Shown: one piece after another, positions 50,782 through 63,590 of the stretch | Numbering within the stretch: the first letter of the stretch is position 1 | How the letters are laid out: each line of letters opens with the position of its first letter | Assembly: GCF_001194135.2 (NCBI RefSeq) | Contig: NC_068983.1 | Location: 36,954,807-37,018,806 of the forward strand | Direction of reading: 5' to 3' | DNA: 64,000 nt | Source of the DNA: Octopus bimaculoides | Lineage: Eukaryota | The notes under the pieces: generated by a model | Seen by the model: the letters and a program-made list of their open reading frames with translations, nothing else | Database searches by the model: none | What the model was told of the DNA's origin: nothing | Translations under genes and position numbers: made by a program

Positions 50782-53700
50782 TGTCCGCCACCACTGCTTG
50801 ACAACTATTGTCGGTGCATCTATGTCCATGCAACCTAGCAGTTTGGCAAAAGAGACTGAGACTTAAAACAGTACAAGGGCCGATTCATTTGATTAAAATT
50901 CAAGGCAGTGCTCCAGTATGGCCACAGTCTAATGACTGAAACAAGTAAAGGAAACTAAAAGAAAAGAAACAGTCACTTTCATGAAAACTTTTTTTAAAAA
51001 GCAAGAATTCTTTTTCTGCATTGCATTTTTACCAATCTCTCAAATTCATCATGCATAATAATTTTCTTCACTTTTCAAATCTGTTTTATGTGTTCAGTAT
51101 TTGAAAAACTATTTTATGTTTATTTTTATATCATAGCTCAAGGAAGAACAGCAGTGTCCATGACCTTTCGCAGAGCCTCCAGGGCTGGTGGCATCAAAAT
51201 GGATTAAGAAACCACTTCTCATATGCTTCAGCGCATCAAGGTATCAAAATAGGGTGGATAAGTTAAAAATAAAAACAAACAGCTTTCGGCAGAGGGGTTA
51301 AGTCAATCACATCAAATCCAGTACTCAACTGGTATTTATTTTACCGATCCCCAAAAGGAAGAAAGGCAAAGTCGACCTCATCAGAATTTGAACTCAGAAT
51401 GCAAAGATAGATGAAATGCCACTCAGCATTTTGCCCAGCATGCTAACGATTCTGCCAACTCACCACTTTAGCTTAGCTTTTTATGAAAGTATTAATCAAC
51501 AAGAAACCTAAAAGGAGTAAGGGTTAGTGTGCTGGATCACTATTCACAAGAGCAAAAGTTCTGATCATTCTATAGTGAAGTAAAATAAAAGTATATTAGG
51601 TGGGGTGGGGCTCCCCAAATGGGGTCTCAGGGAGTAGCGTCCCTGCCTTCCTGAGCTAGTTTCCCACCACATTTCTTTAAAATTGTGGTAGAGGCCTTGG
51701 TCTCAGGACCACTCATGTCTAGAAACTGAGGTTGGGGTAAGCAAGGACATGCTCCCCATAGAAAATCCAGCTCCAAAAAAGCCTCATGATAGCAAGGGAG
51801 AATGAGCCCTAGCCAGCCCAAAGGTTGGGGTGGACTGCACTTGCTTACCTCAGTTGCTATGGCATTGAGGTAGATCCAGCCACCCCTGTTAATGGAGACA
51901 AAACTCGGATTTAAAAAACACTGGATGATGATGAGTGAATAAGATGTTTTGAAGCCCAGGAGTTCTGAGTTCTTATCTCTTGTAGATGTTTTACTGTTTT
52001 TATTGGAAGTATATGAAATTTTTCATTACCAAAGCCCACTTAATTAATTTGTTTACTGCCCATTTTGCCATGCTAATATGGGTTATTTGGGGCAGGATAT
52101 TTAGTCAGATCCCTCTTCCTGTAGCTAACCCTTACTTGTTTTCCAAGGAAATGCTTTCTTATTCTGTAGGTCTTCGGAAGTACAGAGCAACTGGATTTGA
52201 TATGAACATGGAAGAGACAGCTGAAGCTGTGGAACATCAAAATTTATGCACACACACACACACATATATGACAAGCTTCTTTCAGTGTTTTGTCTACAAA
52301 ATTCACTTGCAATGCATTAGGACTGGAGGCAATAATAGCAGACACTTGCCCAAGACATCAGGTAGTGAGACTGAACTTGAAACCAAGTGGTTACAAAGTG
52401 AAATTCTTAACCAAACATCCATGCCTGTACCTTAGATATAGATATTAGATCTGGTAAGGTTCTGCCTAACACTATGGATTCTTGTGATCCAGGAATGGAT
52501 TAGTGAAGTTGTTCAGAAAGCTACACTAGACATGTTAAAAGATTTAGTGTTGTACTTGAAAGAGTTGCATTTAAATACAACTTACAGAGTTGTTGCAGTC
52601 TAGCCCTAGGCCAGGCCATGACTGTGCAGACCTATAATCAAAGATTTTCAAGCATAATTTATCTTGAACTATATATGTTTATTAATATAAGTCAAGATAT
52701 TGAACTATATTGTGTCCTTCTATTTTTAAGATAGTATCATTTGAGTGAGAATTAGCTGTTATTTCCAGCCACAGAGGGGCTCCTTCACTGACCAACCTGA
52801 CTTACTAAAATAAATATTGTGGAACAGTGAAATAAACAATGGGTATTTAATCTTTCTGCTACCATTTTTCTGTTGAAATACACAGCATTTGCTTCAATTA
52901 ATTTTGAAAACTATGAAGTTATCAAAATGTCTTTGTCATTATTTACCTGGTGTTAGAAACATAAATTAGCATGAAATTTCGATGGAAGATTTTAATTAAG
53001 ATTGCTCAAGAAAAGGACTTTTGTACTGTAGAAGCAAGAGTGGTTTCAGGCAGGTTGGCATAAAAATGGTAAACATAGATCGCCTCACTTCAAATGGTTC
53101 TTACACCAAAGAAAAAGNNNNNNNNNNNNNNNNNNNNNNNNNNNNNNNNNNNNNNNNNNNNNNNNNNNNNNNNNNNNNNNNNNNNNNNNNNNNNNNNNNN
53201 NNNNNNNNNNNNNNNNNNNNNNNNNNNNNNNNNNNNNNNNNNNNNNNNNNNNNNNNNNNNNNNNNNNNNNNNNNNNNNNNNNNNNNNNNNNNNNNNNNNN
53301 NNNNNNNNNNNNNNNNNNNNNNNNNNNNNNNNNNNNNNNNNNNNNNNNNNNNNNNNNNNNNNNNNNNNNNNNNNNNNNNNNNNNNNNNNNNNNNNNNNNN
53401 NNNNNNNNNNNNNNNNNNNNNNNNNNNNNNNNNNNNNNNNNNNNNNNNNNNNNNNNNNNNNNNNNNNNNNNNNNNNNNNNNNNNNNNNNNNNNNNNNNNN
53501 NNNNNNNNNNNNNNNNNNNNNNNNNNTGTTTCAGTCATTTGACTGTGGCCATGCCGGAGCACCGCCTTTAGTCAAACAAATCGACCCCAGGATTTATTCT
53601 TTGTAAGCCCAGTACTTATTCTATCGGTCTCTTTTGCCAAACCGCAAAGTTATGGGGACATAAACACGCCAACATCGGTTGTCAAGCGATGTTGGGTGGA

Positions 53701-55006
53701 CAAACACTGACACATGAACATACACACACACACATATATACGATGGGTTTCTTTCAGTTTCCGTCTACCAAATCCACTCACAAGGCTTTGGTCGGCCCAA
53801 GGCTATAGTAGAAGACACTTGCCGAAGGTGCCACGCAGTAGGACTGAACCCGGAATCATGTGGTTGGTAAGCAAGCTACTTACCACTCGGCCAAGGGATT
53901 AAATTATTCAGTGTGTATGGGATTGCATGAAGGTTATGTCGTTGTCTTGAAAGCTACAATACTCAGTGATAATACAAAATAAATATTCCCAAACAGCACC
54001 AGCAAATTAAGGAGCTGCGCTGTTCAGGCATATCTGGAACTTGGAAACGAATGAGAAAACCTTTATATGGTCACTCGACCTGCTAGAAATAGTAGCCACA
54101 AACACCCTAATGTTTTCAGAAAGACATTGGATAATGTGGTCCTGAGTTATATAGAAGGAACGCCTCATTCTCTAATACAGATGAAATTCACAGAGAAGTC
54201 ACACAACTTTAAACCCGTTGAATGAAATGCCTATTAGTTCTTTATTATTTGTTAAACAGACGAAACAAAATACAAATAAACTGTTACTTTATCAAAGAAT
54301 CAGATGTATTAAAGAAGGTGTGACATCCGTGCTGTAACTAAAGGCATTAATAACGTGAGGTGAAGTTGGTTCGATCGTGGATCGAAACTGGTTTCTCAGA
54401 GAAGCTAGGTGTAACTCAAATTTACGGCGTAACTGTAACACGGATTAAAAAAGAAAAGACAATGGAATAATTGCCGAAAGTCAAGGAAGGGATAAAAAAA
54501 AAAAAACGTTTTAGAGTAGTTTATTTGACTTATTTAAGCATAAATTATCTAAAATATAACACTTAATATTTATATCAAATATACGAATGACTAAACATTA
54601 ACTTTCGCCTACAGAACCAAAAACCCAACTGCATTATATCAAATAGGAATTTTTTAATGAACTCATTTTTAAAAATTGTTAATTTAGTTGTAAAAATATA
54701 TCGTTTTCATTACTTGGTATGAAATCTTTTCGTTCCCTTTTTAAAGAATTTTCTCGTCAATGAATTGCTCAACACTTAATTTTGTTATTAAGAAAAAAAT
54801 TCGGACACAAAATATGTATTGAATTACGTAAAAAGAAAAAGGCTTGCCTTGAGTCATTTTAGGTTTTATACTTAAAAATTAAGGATTATTGGTAAATTAT
54901 TGTGAAAAATTGTTCATCAAGATTAACAGCAAGTCGAGGTCTTTGAAAAGATAGGGAAAATATTTACCTTAATCCTTCCACCGGAGTCTGGTCCGAAGTC
55001 CCCCAT
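42111..55006 (-). CDS. YEATS4: YEATS domain-containing protein 4 (GAS41); six visible exons, exon 2 (~120 nt) missing; ~293 aa if complete
   Basis: Exons encode [13 protein letters not shown] / [22 protein letters not shown] / [32 protein letters not shown] / [31 protein letters not shown] / [13 protein letters not shown]...HENDF / EEKREKT...[16 protein letters not shown]..., matching the YEATS4/GAS41 sequence I recall. Phases 0,[0],1,0,0,1 are consistent. Confidence 0.95.
43916..44042. mobile_element. 127-bp Tc1/mariner MITE in YEATS4 intron 6
   Basis: 29-bp TIRs CAGGGTGTCCACAAA(C/G)TCTGGGTACATGG, TA on the right flank. Confidence 0.8.
44190..44277 (-). CDS. YEATS4: YEATS4 exon 6 ([29 protein letters not shown])
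   Basis: 88 nt, acceptor cctttgttgcAG, donor ACT|GTAAGT, FQDPT motif. Confidence 0.95.
45527..45619 (-). CDS. YEATS4: YEATS4 exon 5 ([10 protein letters not shown]...EFYDEL)
   Basis: 93 nt, long pyrimidine acceptor, donor TTG|GTAAGT. Confidence 0.96.
45741..45919. mobile_element. pogo/Tigger-like MITE in YEATS4 intron 4
   Basis: TAC(T/C)GTATTTTAACGT..ATAAGGAACCC inverted ends including terminal TA. Confidence 0.75.
48637..48731 (-). CDS. YEATS4: YEATS4 exon 4 ([31 protein letters not shown])
   Basis: 95 nt, acceptor tcttttccAG, donor CCT|[19 protein letters not shown] acyl-lysine-binding motif. Confidence 0.97.
49295..49563 (+). mobile_element. tRNA-headed SINE (49380-49563) preceded by an inverted copy of its own tail; the tail carries a degenerate Penelope-type hammerhead motif
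   Basis: Head GGGCATATGGCGTAGTGGTTAAG...AGTTCGATTCC (A/B boxes); 40-bp inverted repeats 49338-49377 and 49524-49563 with 5 mismatches. Confidence 0.7.
49699..49765 (-). CDS. YEATS4: YEATS4 exon 3 ([22 protein letters not shown])
   Basis: 67 nt, acceptor tttctctttcAG, donor AGAG|GTATTC, KLHESY YEATS motif. Confidence 0.95.
51600..51935 (+). mobile_element. Possible RTE-type LINE 5' region or derived repeat
   Basis: GC-richer block with GGTTGGGGTAAGCAAGGACATGCTCCC and a GATGATGATG end; family assigned by recall only. Confidence 0.3.
54968..55006 (-). CDS. YEATS4: YEATS4 coding exon 1 ([13 protein letters not shown])
   Basis: In-frame TAA upstream of the ATG, donor AAG|[14 protein letters not shown] motif of GAS41. 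Confidence 0.93.
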
Positions 55007-56249
55007 CACAGAAGTTATTTGTTAAAGAAGAAATCATAAGACAATACAAGTTCCACAGTAATTATTTATCAATTAGAACAAGTCAGAAAATAATAAATCA
55101 ATGTTACGAAAACAAGGAAGAAAAGAGATTAAGGGGAAAATTGAAATCTCTTGTTAAATACCGCCTTTTACATCAAGCTGAGAAATTATTTGTAAAAGAG
55201 CAGTGATGAGTTTAATTCATTAAGTGGGGTTTGTTTGTGTTTTTATTTTCTCTCTTTTATCCTACGTTATAATAATCGAGTTATTAAATAAACTTATTTT
55301 CCTGAGTTTAAGAAAATAGTTATGTTTTGTATTTGAAATATCAAAATAATTGATAAATAGAGAGTGCCATTTCACAATCACATATACCACGCAACCATTG
55401 AATACGATCATTCGGGCATTCAAACGAATGATAGACGCAAAATACAGAAGAATGTAAGAATAAATCTTTTTTTAAAATGCTGTTTTTACTACGATGGAAG
55501 ATAGAAAATTATAATATCATATTAAAGAAAAGGAAAGACNNNNNNNNNNNNNNNNNNNNNNNNNNNNNNNNNNNNNNNNNNNNNNNNNNNNNNNNNNNNN
55601 NNNNNNNNNNNNNNNNNNNNNNNNNNNNNNNNNNNNNNNNNNNNNNNNNNNNNNNNAAAGGGAGTGTGTTAAAATAGAGTGTGCTCGGGTCTCTTTCGAT
55701 TGTTGAAAGTTTAACCCCGAATCAGCTCTAACTGATCTAAACTATTATCATACACGTTCCAAATATGACTTTTTTTTTTTAATCAAACATTTTATCATAC
55801 ACTTTTCGAAGACAGTGGGTCGTAATTTACAGGAGATTTAGCTGCCATTTTTAGCAGGTTAGCGACCACTTAAAGAAATGGTTCTCGGTTGTTTTTTTAC
55901 CTATGGTCCCCTGTCATTACAATTTTACTCTGGTGGGCTCGCATAGCCATTCCATGTTTAAAAATTAGCTTTATAGATACTTCTTTCAAAATTCCTATTT
56001 TGTAGAATCTGCTAATGCTACCCAAGGCCATGTGGTAGTTTTAAACCGGCCACTCTATCTTCTGTAAGAAGTTCTGCCTTAGAGTAGGCCATTCTGATGT
56101 AAAACTTGAGGATCAGAAACCTATTGGTCATCCTAGCCAGTAGTGGGCCATCGGAAGTATGTCACCTAAAATAGGAATCATTTCGACGGGTTACCAAACA
56201 TCACTCACAAACCATTTGTAGACTCGAAACTATATCAGAAAGCACTTTT

Positions 56250-57273
56250 CCAAAGTTTATGGTGATGATGATGTAGGTGAATCAACTGCTCGAAGGTGGT
56301 TTGCAAAATTTAAAGCCAGCGAGTTTAGCTTGCAAAATGACAGTCGTAGTGGAAGACCTTCAAAATTGGATGAAGATGTTTTGAAGGCAAAAATCGAAGA
56401 AAACTCAAATATCACGACTAGAGAACTTGCAGAGAAGTTGGAAGTTTCTAAAGGTATGGCTCATGAACACCTAGTGAAGCTAGGATACATTTCTCGCTAT
56501 AATATATGGATCCCTCACAAACTCTCAGAAAAGAATTGCTTGGACCGGTATTCTGTTTTTGATATGCTTTTGAAACGGAATGAAAGCATGCCTTTTTTTA
56601 AAAATCAACCTGTAACTGGAGATGGAAAATGGCTTGTGTACAAAACGTAGTGCGAATAAGATCCTGGTGTTTGCGTAATGAACCCCAAAAACAGCAACCA
56701 AAGACGAATATCCAAGCTCAAAAAGCTATGCTTTGTGTTTGGTGGGATCATAAAGGCATTATTTATTATGAGCTTCTCTCACAAAACCGGACCATTAATT
56801 AAGATGTGTACTGTCGTCAGCTGGCTAATTTAAACCAAAAAAAATCAAAGAATTGAGACCGGAGATTGCCAACAGGAAAGGGGTAGTATTGTAACAAGAC
56901 AATGCCCGACTACATGTGTCTTTAGCTACCCGAACAAAGTTACATGAATTTGACTGGGATTTCTTAACCCATCTACCAAATAAATTCTCCTGATATTGCG
57001 CCATCTGACAACCACTTGGTTTTTGTCTCTACAGAACTTATTGCAAGGAAAAACATTTAACGATTTATATGAAGTCAAAATGCATTTAGATAATTTTTTT
57101 CTTCAAAACCAGTCAATTTTTATGTTAAAGGAATATTCAAATTGCCTGATAGACAGGCAAGGGTCATTAATAATAATGGAAATTATTTCAATGAATAACA
57201 TTTATTGAAAGGTCAGTTATTTATATCTCTTTTTGCATATTAAAAAACGCTCAGAATTTTCCGGACAACATAA
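56250..57273 (+). mobile_element. 5'-truncated mariner (DD34D) transposase pseudogene with right TIR
   Basis: VYGDDDVGESTARRWFAKFK...SGRP...WIPHKL...TGDGKW...MLCVWWDHKGIIYYELL...QDNAR...SPDIAPSDNHL, with 34 residues between the last two Asp after removing a 4-nt insertion. Ends AAAAACGCTCAGAATTTTCCGGACAACATAA|TA. Multiple stops and frameshifts. Confidence 0.92.
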
Positions 57274-58109
57274 TATATATGTAATGTTAAATCTCTGAAC
57301 GAGGTATTAACAGTAACTGCACGATAAAGTGAAGTATATTTGCCACTTAAATGTGGCTGACCCCGAGGGGTGGATATGTATTATAAGGTTATATATAACC
57401 TTGCAATACAAATATACATAGTGTATTTGTATGATAAGGTTTATTGAACATATTTATATAAAGTTCTAATGACTTCTGGTAGAGACGAAGGAGATTAGAG
57501 ATTACAAATAATAAGCAGGAATGAGTTGATGTTTGTGGTGAGAAGTCAGAATGTGGGTTCTCTGGTGGCGTTCTCAAAGTCTGCGATTTTTCTTGGTGGG
57601 CTTTCGCCTTAAAACTAAGAAAAACACAAGAAAAGGTCAAAGAACATTCGATTAGGTTCTATATGGCATGATATCGTTGCAAGCTGATTGGTTGATAATC
57701 AGAACAAACCGCATGGCATGAGCGGACCAGTTGCGGACCAGCTTACAATTGAAGCTGCGGACCTGGCAACTGAAAAATGTAAGGTTCAATTCTAGGTCTC
57801 GCCAAATATATAATGTTTATGCGTGTGTACAGAGAAAACCTTTTATCATAATTATAATTAATATTGGTTTCGAATTTTGGCACAAGGCCAGCAATTTCGG
57901 GGGATGGTGTAAGTCGTTTACATCAACCCCAGTCTCCAAATGGTACTTATTTTCTCGACCCCGAAAGGATGAAAAACAAAGTCAACCTCGGCGGATTTCG
58001 AACTCAGAACATAAAAATTGACGAAATGTTACAAAGCATTTTGTCTGACATGCTAACGATTCTGGCAGCTTGCTGCCATATAATCATGCATGATAATATT
58101 AGTTATAGC

Positions 58110-58545
58110 CAAGGCGTGAGCTGGCAGAAACGTTAGCACGCCGGGCGAAATGGTTAGCAGTATCTCGTCTGCCGTTACGTTCTGAGTTCAAATTCCGCCG
58201 AAGTCGTCTTTGCCTTTCATCCTTTCGGGGTCGATAAATTAAGTACCAGTTACGCACTGGGTCGATGTAATCCACTTAATCCCTTTGTCTGTCCTTGTTT
58301 GTCCCTTCTATGTTTAGCCCCTTGTGGGCAATAAAGAAATAAGAAACGTTAACACGCCGCGCGAAATGCTTAGCGGTATTTCGTCTTGTCTTTACGTTCT
58401 GAGTTCAAATTCCACCGAGGTCGACTTTGCCTTTCATCCTTTCGGGATCGATAGATTAAGTACCAGTTGCGTACTGAGGTCAATCTAATCGACTGGCCTC
58501 CTCCCCAAAAGTTTCGAGCCTTGTGCTTGAGTAAAAAAGAATATT
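58110..58545 (+). mobile_element. Two tandem SINEs of family C (core CTTTGCCTTTCATCCTTTCGGGGTCGATAAATTAAGTACCAG)
   Basis: Core seen in more than 15 copies (e.g. ~5050-5220 -, 17335-17720, 23010-23450, 29705-30240, 34635-34775, 37110-37480 -, 51280-51470 -, 57870-58080 -, 59660-59850). Confidence 0.88.
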
Positions 58546-59039
58546 AGTTATAATCTTCTATTTGAAATGAATTATCCACTTTTTACAATTAAATATCCAA
58601 ATAGTTATTTCCTTTGCTTAATGTGATCAAACGTTTATTGTTACAATCCGGTTATCGGTATCAAAAATGATCACAATAAGCTTATTTTCATAGCATATTC
58701 TTTACATAATTTTTTTTTACTTTACAATTTAATCACATGCATAATTTATTCAATAATTTTAATTGATATAGTGTTAACTATTTAATCGCATGCAGATTTA
58801 ATTCGGTATATTTAATTAAAAATATTTTTCGACCCCTCTTCCCACGCACATAAAATTTTCTGCGCACATTTCTGTCGTACGATTTCCTCTCTCAAGGACT
58901 TTATACATTTTCTTTGTTAACGCCTTCACAACAAATGGCATTCTTAATGCTGTTTTGTGTTCTCATGCAACACATTTTTAATAGCCAGTATGGGGTCATC
59001 TGCTATAAATGCCCACTGTTCTGGATTTTTCTGCATGCT

Positions 59040-59345
59040 TGCAACACCACACCATCACCAGCATCACCATCATTTTGCATCGTCGTCGTTGTCAGTGGCG
59101 TCATTATACATCATCATCATCATCGTCGTCGATGTCACTGTCGTCGTCATCATTATCGTTATCATTATCATCATCATCGTCGTCATCTTTATCCTCACCA
59201 ACGTATCGTCATTATCAACGTCATCATTATCGTCGCCATTGTCAATGTCGTCATCATATATCATCGTTATAATCGTCGTACATCATAATCTTCATTTTAT
59301 CATCATCGTCATTGTTGCTGACGTTGTCGCCTTTATCATGATCAT
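59040..59345. repeat. Degenerate (CAT/CGT)n low-complexity tract
   Basis: Imperfect trinucleotide expansion that produces the spurious His/Ser/Ile-rich ORFs in the track. Confidence 0.9.
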
Positions 59346-60492
59346 CATTTCTTTTTCCCACTTTGCGTTTCCTGATCCGACTCAACAAGATACAATATCC
59401 TGTAGAGTTGAAGCCAAACTATGGGGCCTGAGGCATTATAACAGAAGTGCCTTGCTTGACGGCGTTCCTGTCTGTAATACGTAAGCTATTTCTAGTGGGG
59501 CGATCTTCTGGACTGCGTAAATGCTGTTGATGTTGCTTAGGAAAGGGATTGTGACCTTCTCCATCCACCCACTTCATGAATCCTTCAAGATCGACTAACC
59601 ACTAGCAATATTTTTACATTCGCGGGAAAGGAAGTGGGGAATAGATTGATTGTCAAAATCGTTTGAGCATCGGGAAAAAAGAATTGGCTCGGCGTTATTT
59701 GTCCCAGCTCTTCACGTTGTGAGTTCAAATTCTGCCGAGGTCAACTTTGCTTTTCATCCTCTCGAGGTCGATAAAATAAAACATCAGTCATTTACAGGGG
59801 TCGATGTAATCGATTATCTCTTACCCTAAAATTGCAGGCCTTGTGCCAAAAATATATATTGAATGTATGTAGAAAAATATAAGTGGAAGTATTATGTCAA
59901 GAACTCTTGTGTAAATATATATTCAGGCAAGTATTTTATTCGGTGCAATTAAGGAATATTTTCTGTGTTGCTTATGTTTGCGTTGTTGTTGAATCATATT
60001 GTTCTCGGAGATTTGCTCTTTCATAATTTAAAAATTACTTTTGATGAGCTGCAATTAACAGTGGTGAAACGTTGGTCAAAAATGTTATTTATTACATTAT
60101 ATTGCTGGAGAATTAAATCATCATCATCATCATTATTATTATTATTATACATTAATTGAATAATTCCTATTATTTTACCTCATCATGGAGCCTCGATGCT
60201 AGAAATTGTGGGCAAATCTCCCAATTGCACTCTCATTTCTTAAACAACAGAAACACCCTAAACAATCTGGTACAATCCGCCCTCTCATCAAGGACATAAA
60301 CGTAAATGAACAATAACATAAATATAAATAACGACAACACAAACAAAATTTTTAATTACCCCCACCCCCTAAAAAAAAAACAAAAAAAACAGCAGCTACA
60401 GAGTAGCGCACGAAAAAGTAACCCGGGTTCCGTAGCATTGTGTAAATATAGAAATAAATTTACTCCTGCTCATGTGAGACTGTTGCACCAAT

Positions 60493-61081
60493 CTATGTGT
60501 TGACTTCTTTGGATTTCGAGTAATCCTTTGGCGAATGTCCTGAATAACTTCCAGTGTCCGAACTGTAGGGTCTCTTTGTTTTGGGGGTGTCGTGCATTAA
60601 CCCCGTAGCGCACCACTTCTTAACCAACATTTGTATCATTCTTTCCCGGTAAGCCTTAACCAGGAAACTTGACTTCAAAAGTTTTGCGAGTTTGCTTAAC
60701 AGAACCCGTTCTCACATATGCTTCCACTCTTTCTGCTATTTGAGTACACCATCTTGCAGAAAAGGCTAGCGATGTTCACTCAATGCAATCTTACAATTAA
60801 TTAATGTGGTGAGGATACTGTAGCGTGTCATCTTTGTTCAACAGTTACGAGCACTCAGAAAATCACAACGAAACTTGCAAACGAAAGATTGGGTACTTTC
60901 TTGTGAGTGTAAATATATTTCTGTATTTACTCCATGCTGCGGAACCCAGGCTACTTTTCCGGTCGAAATAACACAATGGCATTTGCAAACGAAAGGCTGG
61001 GTGCATTTTCGTGCGTGTAAATTTATTTCTGTATTTACACTGTGCTACGGAATTCGGCCTACATTTTTGTGCGCAACCCTG
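60493..61081 (-). mobile_element. Tc1/mariner-superfamily 5' remnant (left end plus HTH fragment)
   Basis: TA|CAGGGTTGCGCACAAAAATG end; IQMLVKKWCATG...KRP.TVRTLEVIQDIRQRITRNPKKST; 108-bp-period subterminal duplication (60875 and 60983). Confidence 0.65.
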
Positions 61082-61191
61082 TATTTTGACGGACCAATAA
61101 ATGACACAAACAACAACGTAACAGAAATCAACAACAACGGTACAAAATAATTCAACAACATGAACATTTACATGTATGATGTTAACAGAAA

Positions 61192-62938
61192 TCTCTATAT
61201 ATAAAAATGAGAATGTGTGTCTGTCTGTCTGTCTGTCTGTCTGTGTGTGTGAATCCCTAAAACTCGAGAACTACGCAACCAATTTCATTCAAATTTTACA
61301 GATGCCTTACTTAGGGTTCCAGTTGTGTTTTAGTCAAAAAAATTTTTTTTACTTCTTGCAGAGTTCGAGCCCACGGCAACATAATATCTCCTCCACTATT
61401 TAAGTATTACGTGTCAAAAGTGAAACAAAAACACTCATGTCAAATACTTTCACTTTAAAATTGAAACTATTCCACTAACTGAAACAATCACATTTCGATA
61501 CTGTAATGACAGATACTTTCNNNNNNNNNNNNNNNNNNNNNNNNNNNNNNNNNNNNNNNNNNNNNNNNNNNNNNNNNNNNNNNNNNNNNNNNNNNNNNNN
61601 NNNNNNNNNNNNNNNNNNACATATAGATGTATATAGATATATATATATATATAGATATAGATCTATATGCATACATGTATATGTATACATATGTGTAGAT
61701 GTATATATATAGAGAGATGTACATGTAATATGTACACATATATACATGCATACAGATATCTATACATATATACACCCATCACACACATACACATGCACAC
61801 AAACACACACATTAGTCATTTGTTTTCTTATCCAAAACTACGTCAAAAGTACTGAACGGATCTTCATGAAATTTGGAAATTATATTCTATGCATAACGGC
61901 CATAACTCCCATGAAAATTCATATATTTTTGATGTTGATGAAATTTTAACCTGAACGTAACAGATGAGCACTGTCTGTAACTGGTCTTCTATTGGAAGAG
62001 CCCTGCTTCTCACATGGACAACTGTATGTTGGCTGCTCAAGAGTGGGCAGCAAAAAAAACCTATTTGCATATGCTCCACATGGGAAAACAAGGAACATTG
62101 TTTACAACGAGGTGTTATAATCACAACAGCAAGAAAGTATGTACATGATTACCTTCTTTTACGAAACTTCATTGACTTTCATATATTTATATTGATATAC
62201 ATATATATACGTGTGTTTGGGTGCGTGTGTGTGCGTGTATATATATATCTCTATATATAAAGATGAGAATGTGTGTCTGTCTGTCTATGTGTCTGTGTGA
62301 ATCCCTAAAACTCGAGAACTACACAACTCTCTTTTACAAACCCAGTGAAAATACATATATTTCATATGTCAAAGAAATTCAAGCAATACATATAACACCA
62401 AAGTTAAAAACATTCCCAACAATTCCACAATCCCCAACCTCCAGAGCTATTGAAGAAACTGTTATCATCAACTGACCAAGATTCCTAACATTTGCAAAAC
62501 AAAATTAGACAATACGATGCTGTACTACAGATGACATCATTTAGAACCACAAGAGACTTAACTGAGGCAGCATTCATCCAAACTCTCAAGATCCAACCTC
62601 AGATTTATCATCGCATTGTCTCTCTACTACCTCTGTCAAATGAATCACCAAAATTGGCCTTTCATTATTTATAATCTGTACCTGTTTGTTTCGTTACGAA
62701 ATAAAATACACAAAACGTGTTTCTGAATTACGTGTATTTACTTTATATACATATGAGTTGAAAACTTTCTTCTAGCATTCCACTTAATATCTATGTTCCA
62801 TGCTGGCATGGATTGGAGAGTTATTAATGTAGAAATATGGTATCGTAGCTACTAACAGTTGAGGGTTGCGTAGTCTAGACGGCGTTTTTAGAGTTCATTA
62901 TTCTCTTTAACCCGGGCAACGCCAGGTATTTCTGCTAG
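61192..62938 (+). mobile_element. Helitron derivative with two 5' ends (61192, 62248) and one 3' end
   Basis: A|TCTCTATATATAAA starts; IRQYDAVLQMTSF...KIQPQIYHRIVSLLP matches the Helitron Rep/helicase N-region; 3' hairpin CCCGG-GCAACG-CCAGG followed by CTAG|T. Confidence 0.85.
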
Positions 62939-63149
62939 TTTACAATAAAATGAAACAGATTTAAAGACCGTAGATGACAGTAAATGAGAGATTTATGAAT
63001 CGACTGGGAAGACAGTAAAAGATGCCTTTAAAACAGAGTGGCATCAAAGCTGCATTTTTATTAAACTGTAAAAGAACTGGGATTTTTTAAGATTGTAATA
63101 TTCATTTTAGACTGGACAGAAAGGTTGCTGATGTAAATGTTCGATATAT

Positions 63150-63590
63150 ATGTGTATCTTCGTCTTGGTCTTAATTCTTCTCACTTCCCATGGTGCACTG
63201 GGCATCAAGAGTTCTCACAAACGATGTCGGTTTCCTCCTGCCAGGGCAGGCTTTTATCTTCAAGGCCCTCACAGTGGTCAATCAGGTCTTGACAATACTA
63301 CCTCGTCTCCTACGTCCCTTTTCCAGCTTCCATTCGAGGTACTCTCTCGCTGGTCTTTTCAAGAGCAGGCGTGACGCATGGCCGAACATCTGCCGTCTGA
63401 CGGTGATGTTACCGCGTAGGTTACTCACTTCGGCCCCTCATGAGTTCTTCACACACTCACATACATTACTCGATTTCGAGTAATGCCATTGCTTTCTTAA
63501 GCACGAGCAGCATGGATGTGGCAGTGATAGGTATCTCTTGCATCAAATGTTCAGAGAGTAACCATCCACACTAACACATGCCTTCATTCC
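63150..63590 (-). mobile_element. RTE-clade LINE 3' fragment
   Basis: RRQMFGHASRLLLKRPAREYLEWKLEKGRRRRGSIVKT* matches the RTE 'WFGHV.R...R.....W...G.R.RG..KTW' tail. Confidence 0.7.

Noticed and set aside
58914-59484. His-, Ser- and Ile-rich ORFs
   Set aside because: Products of a degenerate (CAT/CGT)n tract that is open in several frames.
63150-63374. Signal-peptide-like ORF MCIFVLVLILLTSHGALG
   Set aside because: Antisense reading of an RTE LINE 3' fragment.
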